A program made the translations under genes and the position numbers. A stretch of 51,469 bases of DNA from a virus (lineage: Duplodnaviria; Caudoviricetes), in IMG/VR virus record IMGVR_UViG_3300011335_000209, positions 1 through 51,469 of that record; one strand, written 5' to 3'. Shown here in pieces: positions 8,623 to 17,925 of this stretch. Positions within the stretch are counted from its first letter, which is position 1. Each line of letters opens with the position of its first letter. The notes below the pieces were generated by a model. The model worked only from the letters and a program-made list of their open reading frames with translations. It searched no databases and was not told where the DNA came from.

Positions 8623-11169
8623 TCAGCCGCCGGGATTGACGCCTGTACCTGTTGAGACGGCAAACTTCTCGCCCGTGGCTAGCTCGGTTGCGGCTAGGCG
8701 CAGGGCGGTGTTGTTGTCGTCTGTGTTCATTTGATATCGGGTTTGTAGCTCAACCTTTGTGCGTTCGTTTTCTGCTTGCTCTTTGAGCATGGTTTGCTGA
8801 GCATCCTCTGCCATCTTTTGTGCATTTTGCTGTGCGTCTTGCTGTACTTTGGCTTGCTCTAGTTGCAGCTTAGCTTGCTCTAGTTGCAGCTTGGACTGCT
8901 CAGCCTGCATTTTTGCTTGCTCAGCCTGAGCGGTTTGCTGCATTTTTGCTTGGTCAAGTTGCGTGCGCTGCTGGAGTGCTTGGCCTTGCAACTGCGCGTT
9001 GAGTTGGGCTATCTGCATACTGCTGTCTGGCGGCATAGGTGGCTGTGGCTTGAACTGCTGAGCAACTTGGTCAATCTGAGCCAACTCTTGGGCAAAGCCA
9101 TTTAGCTGCTGCTCAATGATTTCCTGCACTTTAAGAATCACTTTGACCTGTTGCTCTGCTTCTTTCTCAATCAGGTCTTTCTTCTGCGCAACGTCCACCG
9201 CTTCGTGAGCCTCGGTCAAATAGTAGTTTAGCAAATGGTCGCGCAGGTGAGTGGCCATTGGGAACATGTAGGTTTTGACAATGGCCGGGTTTTGGCCAAA
9301 CAGCGGTGACTTCAGAAACGCCAAGTGTGTTTTGAGGTGAGCAATATGGTCTTGCTGCGGTAAGACATAAACAGGGGTTCCCATGGTGGCGGCGACGTTT
9401 TCAGACACCGGGTCAATATCCTCGGTGCCTGGGGCGGGTTGCAGTACATCGTCAGCGCTAATCTTCAAGCTGCGCAAAAACATCTGCTCAACTTTGCGCT
9501 GGTCATACATTTGCGGCATGGTGGCCGAGCGTTGCATGAGCGCCTGAGTCTGAGCAAAGCGTTGTGTCTCAGAGAAGATTGCCGGGTCACTTACTGGCAC
9601 CACATCCATCGGGCCGTCAAAGTCCTCTGGCTTGACATCCAAACCGGATGCCTGCGCTTCAATGTCTTCGATGGTCAAATAGGCGCTGTTGATCCGGTGC
9701 AGAATTTTGAACACGCGGCTCATTGAGCTATGGATGCGCGAGTGTATGCTACTGAAGACCACCATGCCCTGCTCAATAAGGGCCATCGTGGTGCCAACCG
9801 GCTGTGCTTGGTTGGCATCGCTCAGCTTCTCAAAGCTGGTCTGCACAACGCCCTTGCCAGCGTCAACCACAAAGCCAAGCAGTTGGAACAGTACGGGGCT
9901 CGGACCATTGAACGGTAGCGGCATGGCCAGTTTGCGCACGTCATCGATGAGTGCACCGCCTTCAAGCTCTACAACCTCGGTGGGTTGCACGTTGAGCGTC
10001 TGGCCACCAGGGCCACCCTTTAGCTTGAGCAGCGTGGGGATGTTCTGAATGTGAGCGGAGTCCAGCAGGGCGCGTAAGGCACCTGTAGCGGCACCTGACA
10101 AGCCACCAATCATGTGAGTCAGGCCAATGGGGTAAGCCCCACGCCACGGGATGAACGGGAACTCTACAATCCAGTCAAGCTCTACGTGGCGTTCATCATC
10201 AGGCTCCCAATTACGATACAACGCCACCGCTTTGCTACTGGTCTTGTCAATGCTGATGATGTACGGCTCAACACCATCTCCAAAGTCTAGGTGGGTGTAG
10301 ATCTCAAAAATGGTGCGCAGACCGTCTTCGTTGTAGGAGGTGTCCTTGCGCCCTTCAATTTTGTCATTGGCAATTGATGCCTTGCTGTAGTCCGGCTCTT
10401 CTGGTGAGCCTAGGTCAACGTCAATGTACATCTCGCATTTGACTCGACGTTGGTACTCCATCTTGGTCACGTACTGGACGTGGGTCTTGCGCTCAGCAGA
10501 GTAGAAGTTAGTGGCCGCAAACGGCAGGTATACATCATCAATGGGGATGAACTCAGCGCATGGGCGCAAATACTGGGCACTCCACATCAGCTTGAGGTAC
10601 TGAGCACCGCCCAATGGCAGTTGCGTACTGAGTTGCTCTAGTTCGCCCCTGAACTCTGGCATCTGCTCAGTAGTCTGCCAGTTCATAAAATCAGTCTTGC
10701 GCTCGGCCTTGGCAACCTTGTCCTTCTCTTTCTCGCCTAAAATCTTGCTCTTAACAGGACCGCCTGGAGGGAAGATTTCCTTCATCACTCGTGACGAGAA
10801 GTCAACGCAGGCTTCTACCAGCATAGGGTGGACGACCTTTGTTGAGCCGGTGAACTGAGCACCACCAGGTGCATCGTCGCCTAAGCCAGTACGGCGCAAA
10901 CCTTCCTCGTACAACTTGTCTCGCTTTTGCCGAGCGTCCTTGTCCTTGGCAACCTTGTCTAGCAGGTCTGTGACGGCATCTTGCAGGTCGGCTTGGTCAA
11001 CCTCGTCAACAATGTTGGCAAAGTGCGCTTGCTTTTGGCGTTGGTCGTCCTCGTTCTTGAGTTTGACCATTGCGCCGCCGTCATCAGTATCCTTGGTGTC
11101 TGACTCATCATCGTCTACCTCAACGATTTCGTCTTCGTCTTCAATGGTCAGGTCTGTATTTTTAGGCAT
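8623..11169 (-). CDS. Portal protein with Gln-rich C-terminal coiled-coil barrel
   Basis: HFANI, HPMLVEACVDF, FMNWQ, GTTMALIEQG; long Q-rich tail like P22-type portals; downstream of terminase. Confidence 0.85.
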   Translation of the reverse strand: MPKNTDLTIEDEDEIVEVDDDESDTKDTDDGGAMVKLKNEDDQRQKQAHFANIVDEVDQADLQDAVTDLLDKVAKDKDARQKRDKLYEEGLRRTGLGDDAPGGAQFTGSTKVVHPMLVEACVDFSSRVMKEIFPPGGPVKSKILGEKEKDKVAKAERKTDFMNWQTTEQMPEFRGELEQLSTQLPLGGAQYLKLMWSAQYLRPCAEFIPIDDVYLPFAATNFYSAERKTHVQYVTKMEYQRRVKCEMYIDVDLGSPEEPDYSKASIANDKIEGRKDTSYNEDGLRTIFEIYTHLDFGDGVEPYIISIDKTSSKAVALYRNWEPDDERHVELDWIVEFPFIPWRGAYPIGLTHMIGGLSGAATGALRALLDSAHIQNIPTLLKLKGGPGGQTLNVQPTEVVELEGGALIDDVRKLAMPLPFNGPSPVLFQLLGFVVDAGKGVVQTSFEKLSDANQAQPVGTTMALIEQGMVVFSSIHSRIHSSMSRVFKILHRINSAYLTIEDIEAQASGLDVKPEDFDGPMDVVPVSDPAIFSETQRFAQTQALMQRSATMPQMYDQRKVEQMFLRSLKISADDVLQPAPGTEDIDPVSENVAATMGTPVYVLPQQDHIAHLKTHLAFLKSPLFGQNPAIVKTYMFPMATHLRDHLLNYYLTEAHEAVDVAQKKDLIEKEAEQQVKVILKVQEIIEQQLNGFAQELAQIDQVAQQFKPQPPMPPDSSMQIAQLNAQLQGQALQQRTQLDQAKMQQTAQAEQAKMQAEQSKLQLEQAKLQLEQAKVQQDAQQNAQKMAEDAQQTMLKEQAENERTKVELQTRYQMNTDDNNTALRLAATELATGEKFAVSTGTGVNPGG

Positions 11170-14100
11170 ATGCACTTTCACGTTGCGCAATTATTTGCTG
11201 GATGTTTTCAGGATCATACTCATCATCTAAGTCAGCAATGATCTGTTTGATCTTAATTGGGTCAAAATGGTTTGATGAGACTATGCCGCCGTGGGCCATG
11301 TGAACCTCGCCGCCCTCGGCGTAAATGTCTGGCAAATTTATAGCTCGGCGTTGAGGTAAATTTGGTTGATATTGGTTCCATTGAGGCAACACAATATTGC
11401 CAGTCATTTCAAGTTCTTTCCTAAGCGCCTCAATGTAATCTTCTTGCGATCTGCGTGGAAATGGTTCACGCAACTCAGCGCGTGGCAACAACTGAACAAG
11501 GCCAGAGGTTTCTCCAGATTGAGCCATAGCCCTGTTGCGATGCCTTCCCTCATGGTTAGATATAAAAGGCGTGGCTTCAGTTCCTTGACGTTGTTTATTT
11601 ATTTCCAAAAAAGGCACATCATCAAAACCGCCAACGGTTCTTAAATGCTCTAAATATTCTGGGAATGTAACTTGCTCTCCAGTAGACGTCCGCCTCACTG
11701 AATTTGGTCTGGTAAAGGTTGAGCCAATTGGGGTAGCAAATTCTTCAAAACGAGAAGGATTAAGCGTCATCATTGCCTTGGCGTTATCGCCTTCAAACAC
11801 TCGCTTGAGCGCCTCCTCCTTGTACAGCCTCTCAAGGTTCGGGATTTCGTCAGCGGCACGCTCTACACGCCTTGCGCCGTAGTCGCCCTTGCTTTGGCGA
11901 ACGGCCTCTTTGACGTTGCTGACCTTGCTAGGGATGATGATGCTGGGCGCTTCTACTTTTGGTGTGGTTGTTACGGCGTCAGCGGCTTTGCCTGCTTTGT
12001 TGATGACTCCCATCAAGCCCTTGACTAGCTTCCCACCACCGGCCATGTGAACTATGCCGCCGTGGGCCATGCCTTCTTTTAGCGGTAAAAGACCAAGTTC
12101 TTTTTGAAGTTCTATGTTGTACTCTTCTGGGGTGACGTACTTTACGCCGCCATCGCCTTGGTATACTTTTAACCCAGCATTCTCCAACTCATTAACTTTA
12201 GACCAGTTGCCACTCTTGACAAAGTCTTGCACAAATGGTAGGAACTCATCGGCAGGTTTTTTGTTATTGAAGCCTTTGATTTGAATTATTCTTTCTGGAG
12301 GAGTTATCCCTTGCGAAGCCAAATACTCTTCAATCATGTCAATTCTTTGGGCGGGGTGCCTAAGACTTCTCACTTCCGGATGAGCTTGCGCGTAATACTC
12401 CATGGCATTATTGAGTAGTTTAGTCCGGTCATCAGGAGGCATGTTGTTGTAATAGCCTTGCGTGTTTTGTGGCTTCACCTCAATTGTTACACGCGGCTGG
12501 CCCTTGTCATCACGCAGGGAGTAGATACGGCTTCGGCCTTCTAGCACGTCTTGACAGTACCCGCCAACGCAGTGGGCCATGGTGTCGCCTTCGTACTTGA
12601 GGGCGTCTTCAAGCTCTTTGCTGACTTTTGGTTTGTTGCGTTTTGCCCATTTAGTTGCAAGCTCTTGGGCATAACCTTCGACAACCATACGGTAGTCATC
12701 GCCTTCCTCGTCTAGTCCTTGTCGTGCAGCTCTTTGATGAGCCTGATCCATAATTCGCTCTTGTTGATTTGGAGGAATGTCAAACAACGGATCGGCGTAC
12801 TCTCCTTCAACAAGGGGCTTATCCTTAGGGGCTTTCAACTCCACCCATTTCATGCCTTGCCCAGGATACTCCTTAACCAGTTGCGTGGCTGCATTGTTGG
12901 CTCTTAAAAGATCAGCCTTAGCCTTCTGAGTTGCACGCCAAGCATTGATGTCAGCTACACGGTCAACTGCCTGTGCCATAGTGAGCTTGCTTAAGTCAGC
13001 CTGGTCAATGAGCAGGTTTTTAGGCAAGCCAGATTCAGGGTTGGTAGCGTTGCGTAGCTCATCAACTAAGTGATTAAAGCCCAGGTCTTCACTAAGATAT
13101 TTTTTAGGATAATAAACAGGGGTTTCTGGTGGCACTTTGAGCAGCCACGAATTAGTATCAACCGTAGAGCCTAAACCTTGGCGAATCTGAGAAGCACTTA
13201 ATAGGCGGGTATGTTCACTTGCAGTGGACGCATTTAGGGCCAAGTCAGATGCATTCTCCCATGCTCTAGCGGCGGGTGAAACACCTAAACCTTGCTCAGG
13301 AAAACCGGCTCTTTTTCGTGCTGAAGCAGTTTGTTCTACCAACCACTCATTATACAGCGCATCTTCTGGATTATAAGTATGGAGCGCTTGTCTGGCTTCC
13401 ACCAATGCCTTCTCTTTCTCTAAGCCAATCATCTGCTGGCGCATAGAGGTCAAATCCCCAACCGGCACTCCACGTTCCCTAGCCGTCTGTTCCATCTTTG
13501 CGGCAAAGGCATCAATACGGCCTTGCACCTCAGCTAGCTTAACTGGTTTGTCCACGGCATACTTTTCGGCCATAGCACGCAAAGGATCGCCGGGTGTGGC
13601 CATGTCGTTCTTAATATAGCGGGTTAGTTGTTTGTCAATAAAGTTGTTGACTGGGTCAAATGGCAAATAATAGCCATCTCCTCCTGCCTTATCTCTAACA
13701 AAACCTCTTGCAATTAAGTCGTCAGCTTCTTCTTGGCTAGTTGCAATTGAAGGGGTTTCACGCCGCTTTATTTGACTCACAAATTCTTCTACTGAACCTT
13801 TTAGGAAGTTGCCGCCCGGCATTTTGATGACACCAAGTTGAGCTGCACGGCTGCCAGAAGCAGGTCCAGGGGCAGCTTCAGCAATTGCTTTGGCCGTTGC
13901 CTTTGCACTCTTAATCCCATACCTAGCAAGCGTTGTAGTGCCAGAGCCGCCAAACAAGTTACCTGCGGTGGTAAACGCCTTGCCTGTCGGGGTTTCATTA
14001 AGCTGAGCACCTGGCAAGTATTCATTGTAGAACTCAGTGGTTGGTAGCTGCGGCGTAGGGTCTGCACGGCTGCCAATCCCAAATGCACGAAGTGCAGGAA

Positions 14101-14308
14101 AGGCGGTCAACACTTGCGGCGGCAGTTGAGAGATGCCTGCACGGGCTAAGCCCTCAATGTCTCCGGGCAATCCTAATGTGCCTGCAGCCCAGCCGCGCAG
14201 TGCGGATAGTGGCGCATTGGCTGCGGCGGTTCTGTCATTGTTGGCTTCTGGCCTGCGACCAGCGGAACGATAACCTATGTAAGGCTCAGACAAATCGTAT
14301 TGAGGCAT
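11162..14308 (-). CDS. Large multidomain (polyvalent-like) protein with PcfJ-like and ParB/Srx-like segments
   Basis: 1048 aa; LKYEGDTMAHCVGGY...IYSLRD...TIEV...QIKG (PcfJ-like); NHEGRHR (ParB-like); domains separated by MAHGG/MAGGG/YAEGG. Confidence 0.6.
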   Translation of the reverse strand: MPQYDLSEPYIGYRSAGRRPEANNDRTAAANAPLSALRGWAAGTLGLPGDIEGLARAGISQLPPQVLTAFPALRAFGIGSRADPTPQLPTTEFYNEYLPGAQLNETPTGKAFTTAGNLFGGSGTTTLARYGIKSAKATAKAIAEAAPGPASGSRAAQLGVIKMPGGNFLKGSVEEFVSQIKRRETPSIATSQEEADDLIARGFVRDKAGGDGYYLPFDPVNNFIDKQLTRYIKNDMATPGDPLRAMAEKYAVDKPVKLAEVQGRIDAFAAKMEQTARERGVPVGDLTSMRQQMIGLEKEKALVEARQALHTYNPEDALYNEWLVEQTASARKRAGFPEQGLGVSPAARAWENASDLALNASTASEHTRLLSASQIRQGLGSTVDTNSWLLKVPPETPVYYPKKYLSEDLGFNHLVDELRNATNPESGLPKNLLIDQADLSKLTMAQAVDRVADINAWRATQKAKADLLRANNAATQLVKEYPGQGMKWVELKAPKDKPLVEGEYADPLFDIPPNQQERIMDQAHQRAARQGLDEEGDDYRMVVEGYAQELATKWAKRNKPKVSKELEDALKYEGDTMAHCVGGYCQDVLEGRSRIYSLRDDKGQPRVTIEVKPQNTQGYYNNMPPDDRTKLLNNAMEYYAQAHPEVRSLRHPAQRIDMIEEYLASQGITPPERIIQIKGFNNKKPADEFLPFVQDFVKSGNWSKVNELENAGLKVYQGDGGVKYVTPEEYNIELQKELGLLPLKEGMAHGGIVHMAGGGKLVKGLMGVINKAGKAADAVTTTPKVEAPSIIIPSKVSNVKEAVRQSKGDYGARRVERAADEIPNLERLYKEEALKRVFEGDNAKAMMTLNPSRFEEFATPIGSTFTRPNSVRRTSTGEQVTFPEYLEHLRTVGGFDDVPFLEINKQRQGTEATPFISNHEGRHRNRAMAQSGETSGLVQLLPRAELREPFPRRSQEDYIEALRKELEMTGNIVLPQWNQYQPNLPQRRAINLPDIYAEGGEVHMAHGGIVSSNHFDPIKIKQIIADLDDEYDPENIQQIIAQRESAYA

Positions 14309-14314
14309 TTTGGT

Positions 14315-15148
14315 TTACCCTGCAGTTCCCATGACTAAACCTCCGGCAGCTAGCTTTTTGCCTTTTAGAAGTTCTAGCATTTTGGGCGTAAAGAATTCAA
14401 ACAAATCAGTATCCACTAAGCCGCTTCCAGCATCTAAAGGAACATCACCTAGATTGATTTCAGATTTTCCAAGGCCTCGGTTGACATCATAGTGACGCAT
14501 CATAGCAAGCGGGGACATATCACCAACCATGTCAGCCATGTCTAATCCTTCTTCCACAGCAGCCCGAATGGATGGATTTGACATGTAGTCACCTAGTCTG
14601 CCCTTTGACAAGGCGCGTTGAAGTTCATATCGAGCGCTTTCATAAGCTGTAGGGCTGAGTGTAACCGCCGGATCACCGGTGCCAAAGTACATGCTTGCTG
14701 TTCTTACATCGGGATAGATGAGCGGTCTTGGAAAAGGATAACCAGAATTAGGCGTTGCAATCATCAATCGCAGTTCAGGTAAATTTTCACCGGATTTAAA
14801 GCGCGAGTCGTTCCACCAATATTCAGCAGGCTTAACGGTAGAAAATCCTTCTAAATCAGCTTGACTTGGCCGCACAGAAAAAGGTGTGACGCCGGGATGA
14901 GTGTGAAAATCGGCAATAGGTTGCCCACTAAAACGCGCTCGAATAGTATCGTTAATGTCCGGTGTAACTGTATCGGGGGTTCCTTCAACAACGCGACTGC
15001 GAAATGCTGGATGCACTTGAAGACTTGAGCCTACCACGCTTGTTTCATTGCCGGTTTGGGCAGTGCGGCGCAATGCTGACAATATTGTTTCAGCTTGTGC
15101 CGGCGCTTTGCGTGCCAGTATGGATTTGAGTAGTGACAAACCAGACAT
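14315..15148 (-). CDS. JAB/MPN-motif metalloprotease-like protein
   Basis: 277 aa; N-terminal E (TGNE) plus FHTHP-x7-PSQAD, matching the JAMM E...HxH...SxxD pattern. Confidence 0.6.
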   Translation of the reverse strand: MSGLSLLKSILARKAPAQAETILSALRRTAQTGNETSVVGSSLQVHPAFRSRVVEGTPDTVTPDINDTIRARFSGQPIADFHTHPGVTPFSVRPSQADLEGFSTVKPAEYWWNDSRFKSGENLPELRLMIATPNSGYPFPRPLIYPDVRTASMYFGTGDPAVTLSPTAYESARYELQRALSKGRLGDYMSNPSIRAAVEEGLDMADMVGDMSPLAMMRHYDVNRGLGKSEINLGDVPLDAGSGLVDTDLFEFFTPKMLELLKGKKLAAGGLVMGTAG

Positions 15149-15153
15149 TTTAA

Positions 15154-16731
15154 CTAGGCTGCGTAAGGATTGACTTTGTCTTTACTCTTAGGCCTAGGTT
15201 CATCGACGTCCTTGGCTTGTGGCAGCTCAAACCATCCATCATCCTTGAGATAGATGACGGCTTGGGTAAACGTGTCCACATAGTCGTCATGCTCGGCCAA
15301 AGGGAACTTGGTAAGTTGTTTGATGAACGCCGCTGCCCAGCTGACAGGCTGTCCAGGGTTGCGCTTTGACTCGGGTATCCACAATAGTCCAAGCTCCAAG
15401 GTGGGTGCTGCTTGATGAGCACGGCTTACTTTGTCGGCGTTTCCCGGATTATACCCTACTGCAGGCACTCTGGCTAAACGCAAGTCTTGAAGCAGCGACT
15501 GTCCGCTGGCTTTGGCCTCAACCAAGATGCGGTCAGGTCGCCGAGCCCGAGTGGGCATGCCGGCCCCGTTATTGTTGTCGCCACCATACTCAGTCGTCCA
15601 GTCCTTAACGGCTTTGGTTCTTAAGTCAGGGTAGCTCAAGTGTTCGTCCCAAGCATCGAGCAGCATGCAGTTCCGCTCGCCTTTGTGCGTAAACATTCCC
15701 CAAACTGTGCATGCCGTTGGGTCGCCAGAAGTTTTTTCCGTGAATGCACAATCATAGCTTTGCAGTATGTACTCGTACTGCGGCAGCCGTTCATTGTGTG
15801 GCCATTGTTGGAAGAAGGATGTCTTGAGCAAGCCACCGGTACTCGGCACAGGATCTTGCTGCAGTTGACCGCTTGTGCCGTATGAACCGAGTAGCTGCTT
15901 TAAGGCAGTGATCTCAACCGGCCCAAAGCGTTCAGGACAGATGAGTTCACCTTTCTTTGTGCGTGGATCGTATGGACCGAGTACAGTCTTGCGTGCTTTG
16001 CCATCCCATTCGGCAGGGATGCAGATGTGCTCCCAGCCTTTGATGTCATCGAGTATGTGGCCGCTGATGTCACGCTCGTGCAATCGCTGCATCACAACCA
16101 CCATTGCATCTGTCTTGGGGTTATTAAGTCGTGTTGACCAGACCATGTCAAACCAGTCCAATGTACTCTCTCGCATGGCATCTGACTGGGCTTCTTGTGC
16201 GCCGTGCGGATCGTCAAGGACCAAGCGAGAACCGCCTTCACCTGTAGCTGTACCACCAGGCGATGTAGCTATGCGGTAGCCTGTCTTAGAGTTCTCAAAG
16301 CGCTGCTTGGCGTTCTGGTCGCCGGACAGTTCAAACATGCTGCCCCAACGCTCTTGATACCAAGGAGACTGCACTAAGCGCCGTGCTTTTAAGTTATCAC
16401 GGATGCTTAAGTTGCCAGCATAACTTGCGCATAAAAATTTTTGCTCCGGTGTGGTCAACCACTCCCACATCGGCCACATGACGCTGACGATGGTCGACTT
16501 GGAGTGACGCGGAGGTATGTTAATAAGCAGCCGCCGAATGTCGCCGCATGAGATAGCTTCAAGGTGTTCGCAGATCTCCTGGATGTGCCATGACGGTACA
16601 AACGGTATACCTGGTTCTACCACATGCCAGCTCTGCTTGACAAAGTCATACAAACAACCCTCAGCCTTTCGACGGTCTTGCTCATGCTTGATCATGTCAA
16701 GCATTGCAACCGGGCTGAGTGGTGCGTTCAT
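15154..16731 (-). CDS. terL: Terminase large subunit
   Basis: INIPPRHSKS Walker A, LVLDDPH Walker B, QSYDCAF and HDDYVD nuclease motifs. Confidence 0.95.
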   Translation of the reverse strand: MNAPLSPVAMLDMIKHEQDRRKAEGCLYDFVKQSWHVVEPGIPFVPSWHIQEICEHLEAISCGDIRRLLINIPPRHSKSTIVSVMWPMWEWLTTPEQKFLCASYAGNLSIRDNLKARRLVQSPWYQERWGSMFELSGDQNAKQRFENSKTGYRIATSPGGTATGEGGSRLVLDDPHGAQEAQSDAMRESTLDWFDMVWSTRLNNPKTDAMVVVMQRLHERDISGHILDDIKGWEHICIPAEWDGKARKTVLGPYDPRTKKGELICPERFGPVEITALKQLLGSYGTSGQLQQDPVPSTGGLLKTSFFQQWPHNERLPQYEYILQSYDCAFTEKTSGDPTACTVWGMFTHKGERNCMLLDAWDEHLSYPDLRTKAVKDWTTEYGGDNNNGAGMPTRARRPDRILVEAKASGQSLLQDLRLARVPAVGYNPGNADKVSRAHQAAPTLELGLLWIPESKRNPGQPVSWAAAFIKQLTKFPLAEHDDYVDTFTQAVIYLKDDGWFELPQAKDVDEPRPKSKDKVNPYAA

Positions 16732-17210
16732 TGGCCTGCTGCTTTACTCATCAATCTTTGCATTGTGTCAAGATCTACATCACTCAGGCCCTTTAGATCG
16801 ACCGCAGCAATCGGTATTGCACTGCCATTTGGTCCGCTGATCTCACTGCGAGCCAGCTTAGGCACATGGTACTCGACCACGCTTTGGAACAGATTAAACG
16901 CACGTTCAGGGTTTGGTCGAGTCACGTAGACTTTGTTGCCGTCTTGATCGTAAATTTGTTTGCCATCAAGATCAAGCATTGGAGTGCCTTCAGCAACGGC
17001 ATCAAGCCAACCGGTCAATCGATGTGCATTGCCGTCGACAAACTCAGCAATCGCCAACTTTGCGGTCAGCGTTACTTTGTTAGGAGTGCCAGGTTGTCGG
17101 CCAGAACCAACCGGTCGTACACTGCCAGGTTTAGCACCGCCGCCATTGTTCGATCCGGGCAATGCGCCGCCGGTTCGCTTTGGAGCAGGGGTTCGTAATT
17201 GCATAATCAA
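16728..17210 (-). CDS. terS: Terminase small subunit (putative)
   Basis: GRQPGTPNK, YHVPKLAR..EISGPNGSAI; overlaps the TerL start. Confidence 0.7.
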   Translation of the reverse strand: MIMQLRTPAPKRTGGALPGSNNGGGAKPGSVRPVGSGRQPGTPNKVTLTAKLAIAEFVDGNAHRLTGWLDAVAEGTPMLDLDGKQIYDQDGNKVYVTRPNPERAFNLFQSVVEYHVPKLARSEISGPNGSAIPIAAVDLKGLSDVDLDTMQRLMSKAAGQ

Positions 17211-17245
17211 CCCTTTCGGTCAGATTGTCTTCTACAGATTGTACT

Positions 17246-17683
17246 CTATTTATTTTTAATTGGCACCGTGGTCTTGCCAGGATGATCCACAAAGCGTTTA
17301 AGCCACGCAGGAGGTTGATCACCATAGACATACCGCAGAAACTCACTGTACGCCGCATCTGCGCCTTCGCATACTACCACGCAATACCCTTTTTCTTTCA
17401 ACTTGTCGATGATCGAATCCTGATTGTTGCTTGTTCGACCACCAACCTTTTTCATCTCGATGAACAAACCGTGAGCCCCACGCCTCGGTTCTGCTAGGAA
17501 GAGATCAGGCACTCCGGCCAAAACGCCTTCACGCTTCATCTGCGCAGCTACTCGTAGATCTCTCTTACCTCCGTTTGGAATGCTCATAAAAACCAGGTCA
17601 GGATGGAAGTTGCGCACCCTGGCAACTAGAGTCGTTTGCTCGCTAGACTCTGACTTAAACTTAACTTGTTTGTATACAACCAT
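17246..17683 (-). CDS. VRR-NUC domain nuclease
   Basis: ESSEQ...IPNGG...EGVLAGVPDL...LFIEMK...Q PD-(D/E)xK motif. Confidence 0.88.
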   Translation of the reverse strand: MVVYKQVKFKSESSEQTTLVARVRNFHPDLVFMSIPNGGKRDLRVAAQMKREGVLAGVPDLFLAEPRRGAHGLFIEMKKVGGRTSNNQDSIIDKLKEKGYCVVVCEGADAAYSEFLRYVYGDQPPAWLKRFVDHPGKTTVPIKNK

Positions 17684-17699
17684 TTATTTTCCGTCACTA

Positions 17700-17925
17700 A
17701 ATTTCCAGGTTCGAGGTTCGAGGTTCGAGGTTTATTGAAGTCCATCCCCACCGGCAGATATATATACTATTTTTTGTTCATATATACATTCCTGCCGGCT
17801 GTCAACATTATAGTATTATTTCGAACTTCGAACCTTTTAAGTAGAATATGTATAAAAATCAATAACTTAAGCTAGTTCGAATTTAGGTTCGAATTGAGGT
17901 TCGAGATGGCTTTAGTTCGGGACAT
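17700..17925. other. Putative replication origin: GTTCGA iterons, AT-rich core, IHF-consensus site
   Basis: (AGGTTCG)x3 at 17707-17727, more GTTCGA/TCGAAC copies at 17820-17905, AATCAATAACTTA at 17857-17869; directly downstream of primase-helicase. Confidence 0.55.

Noticed and set aside
17666-17875. 69-aa ORF across the origin-like region
   Set aside because: TTG start, no RBS, opposite to local gene direction, built from repeats
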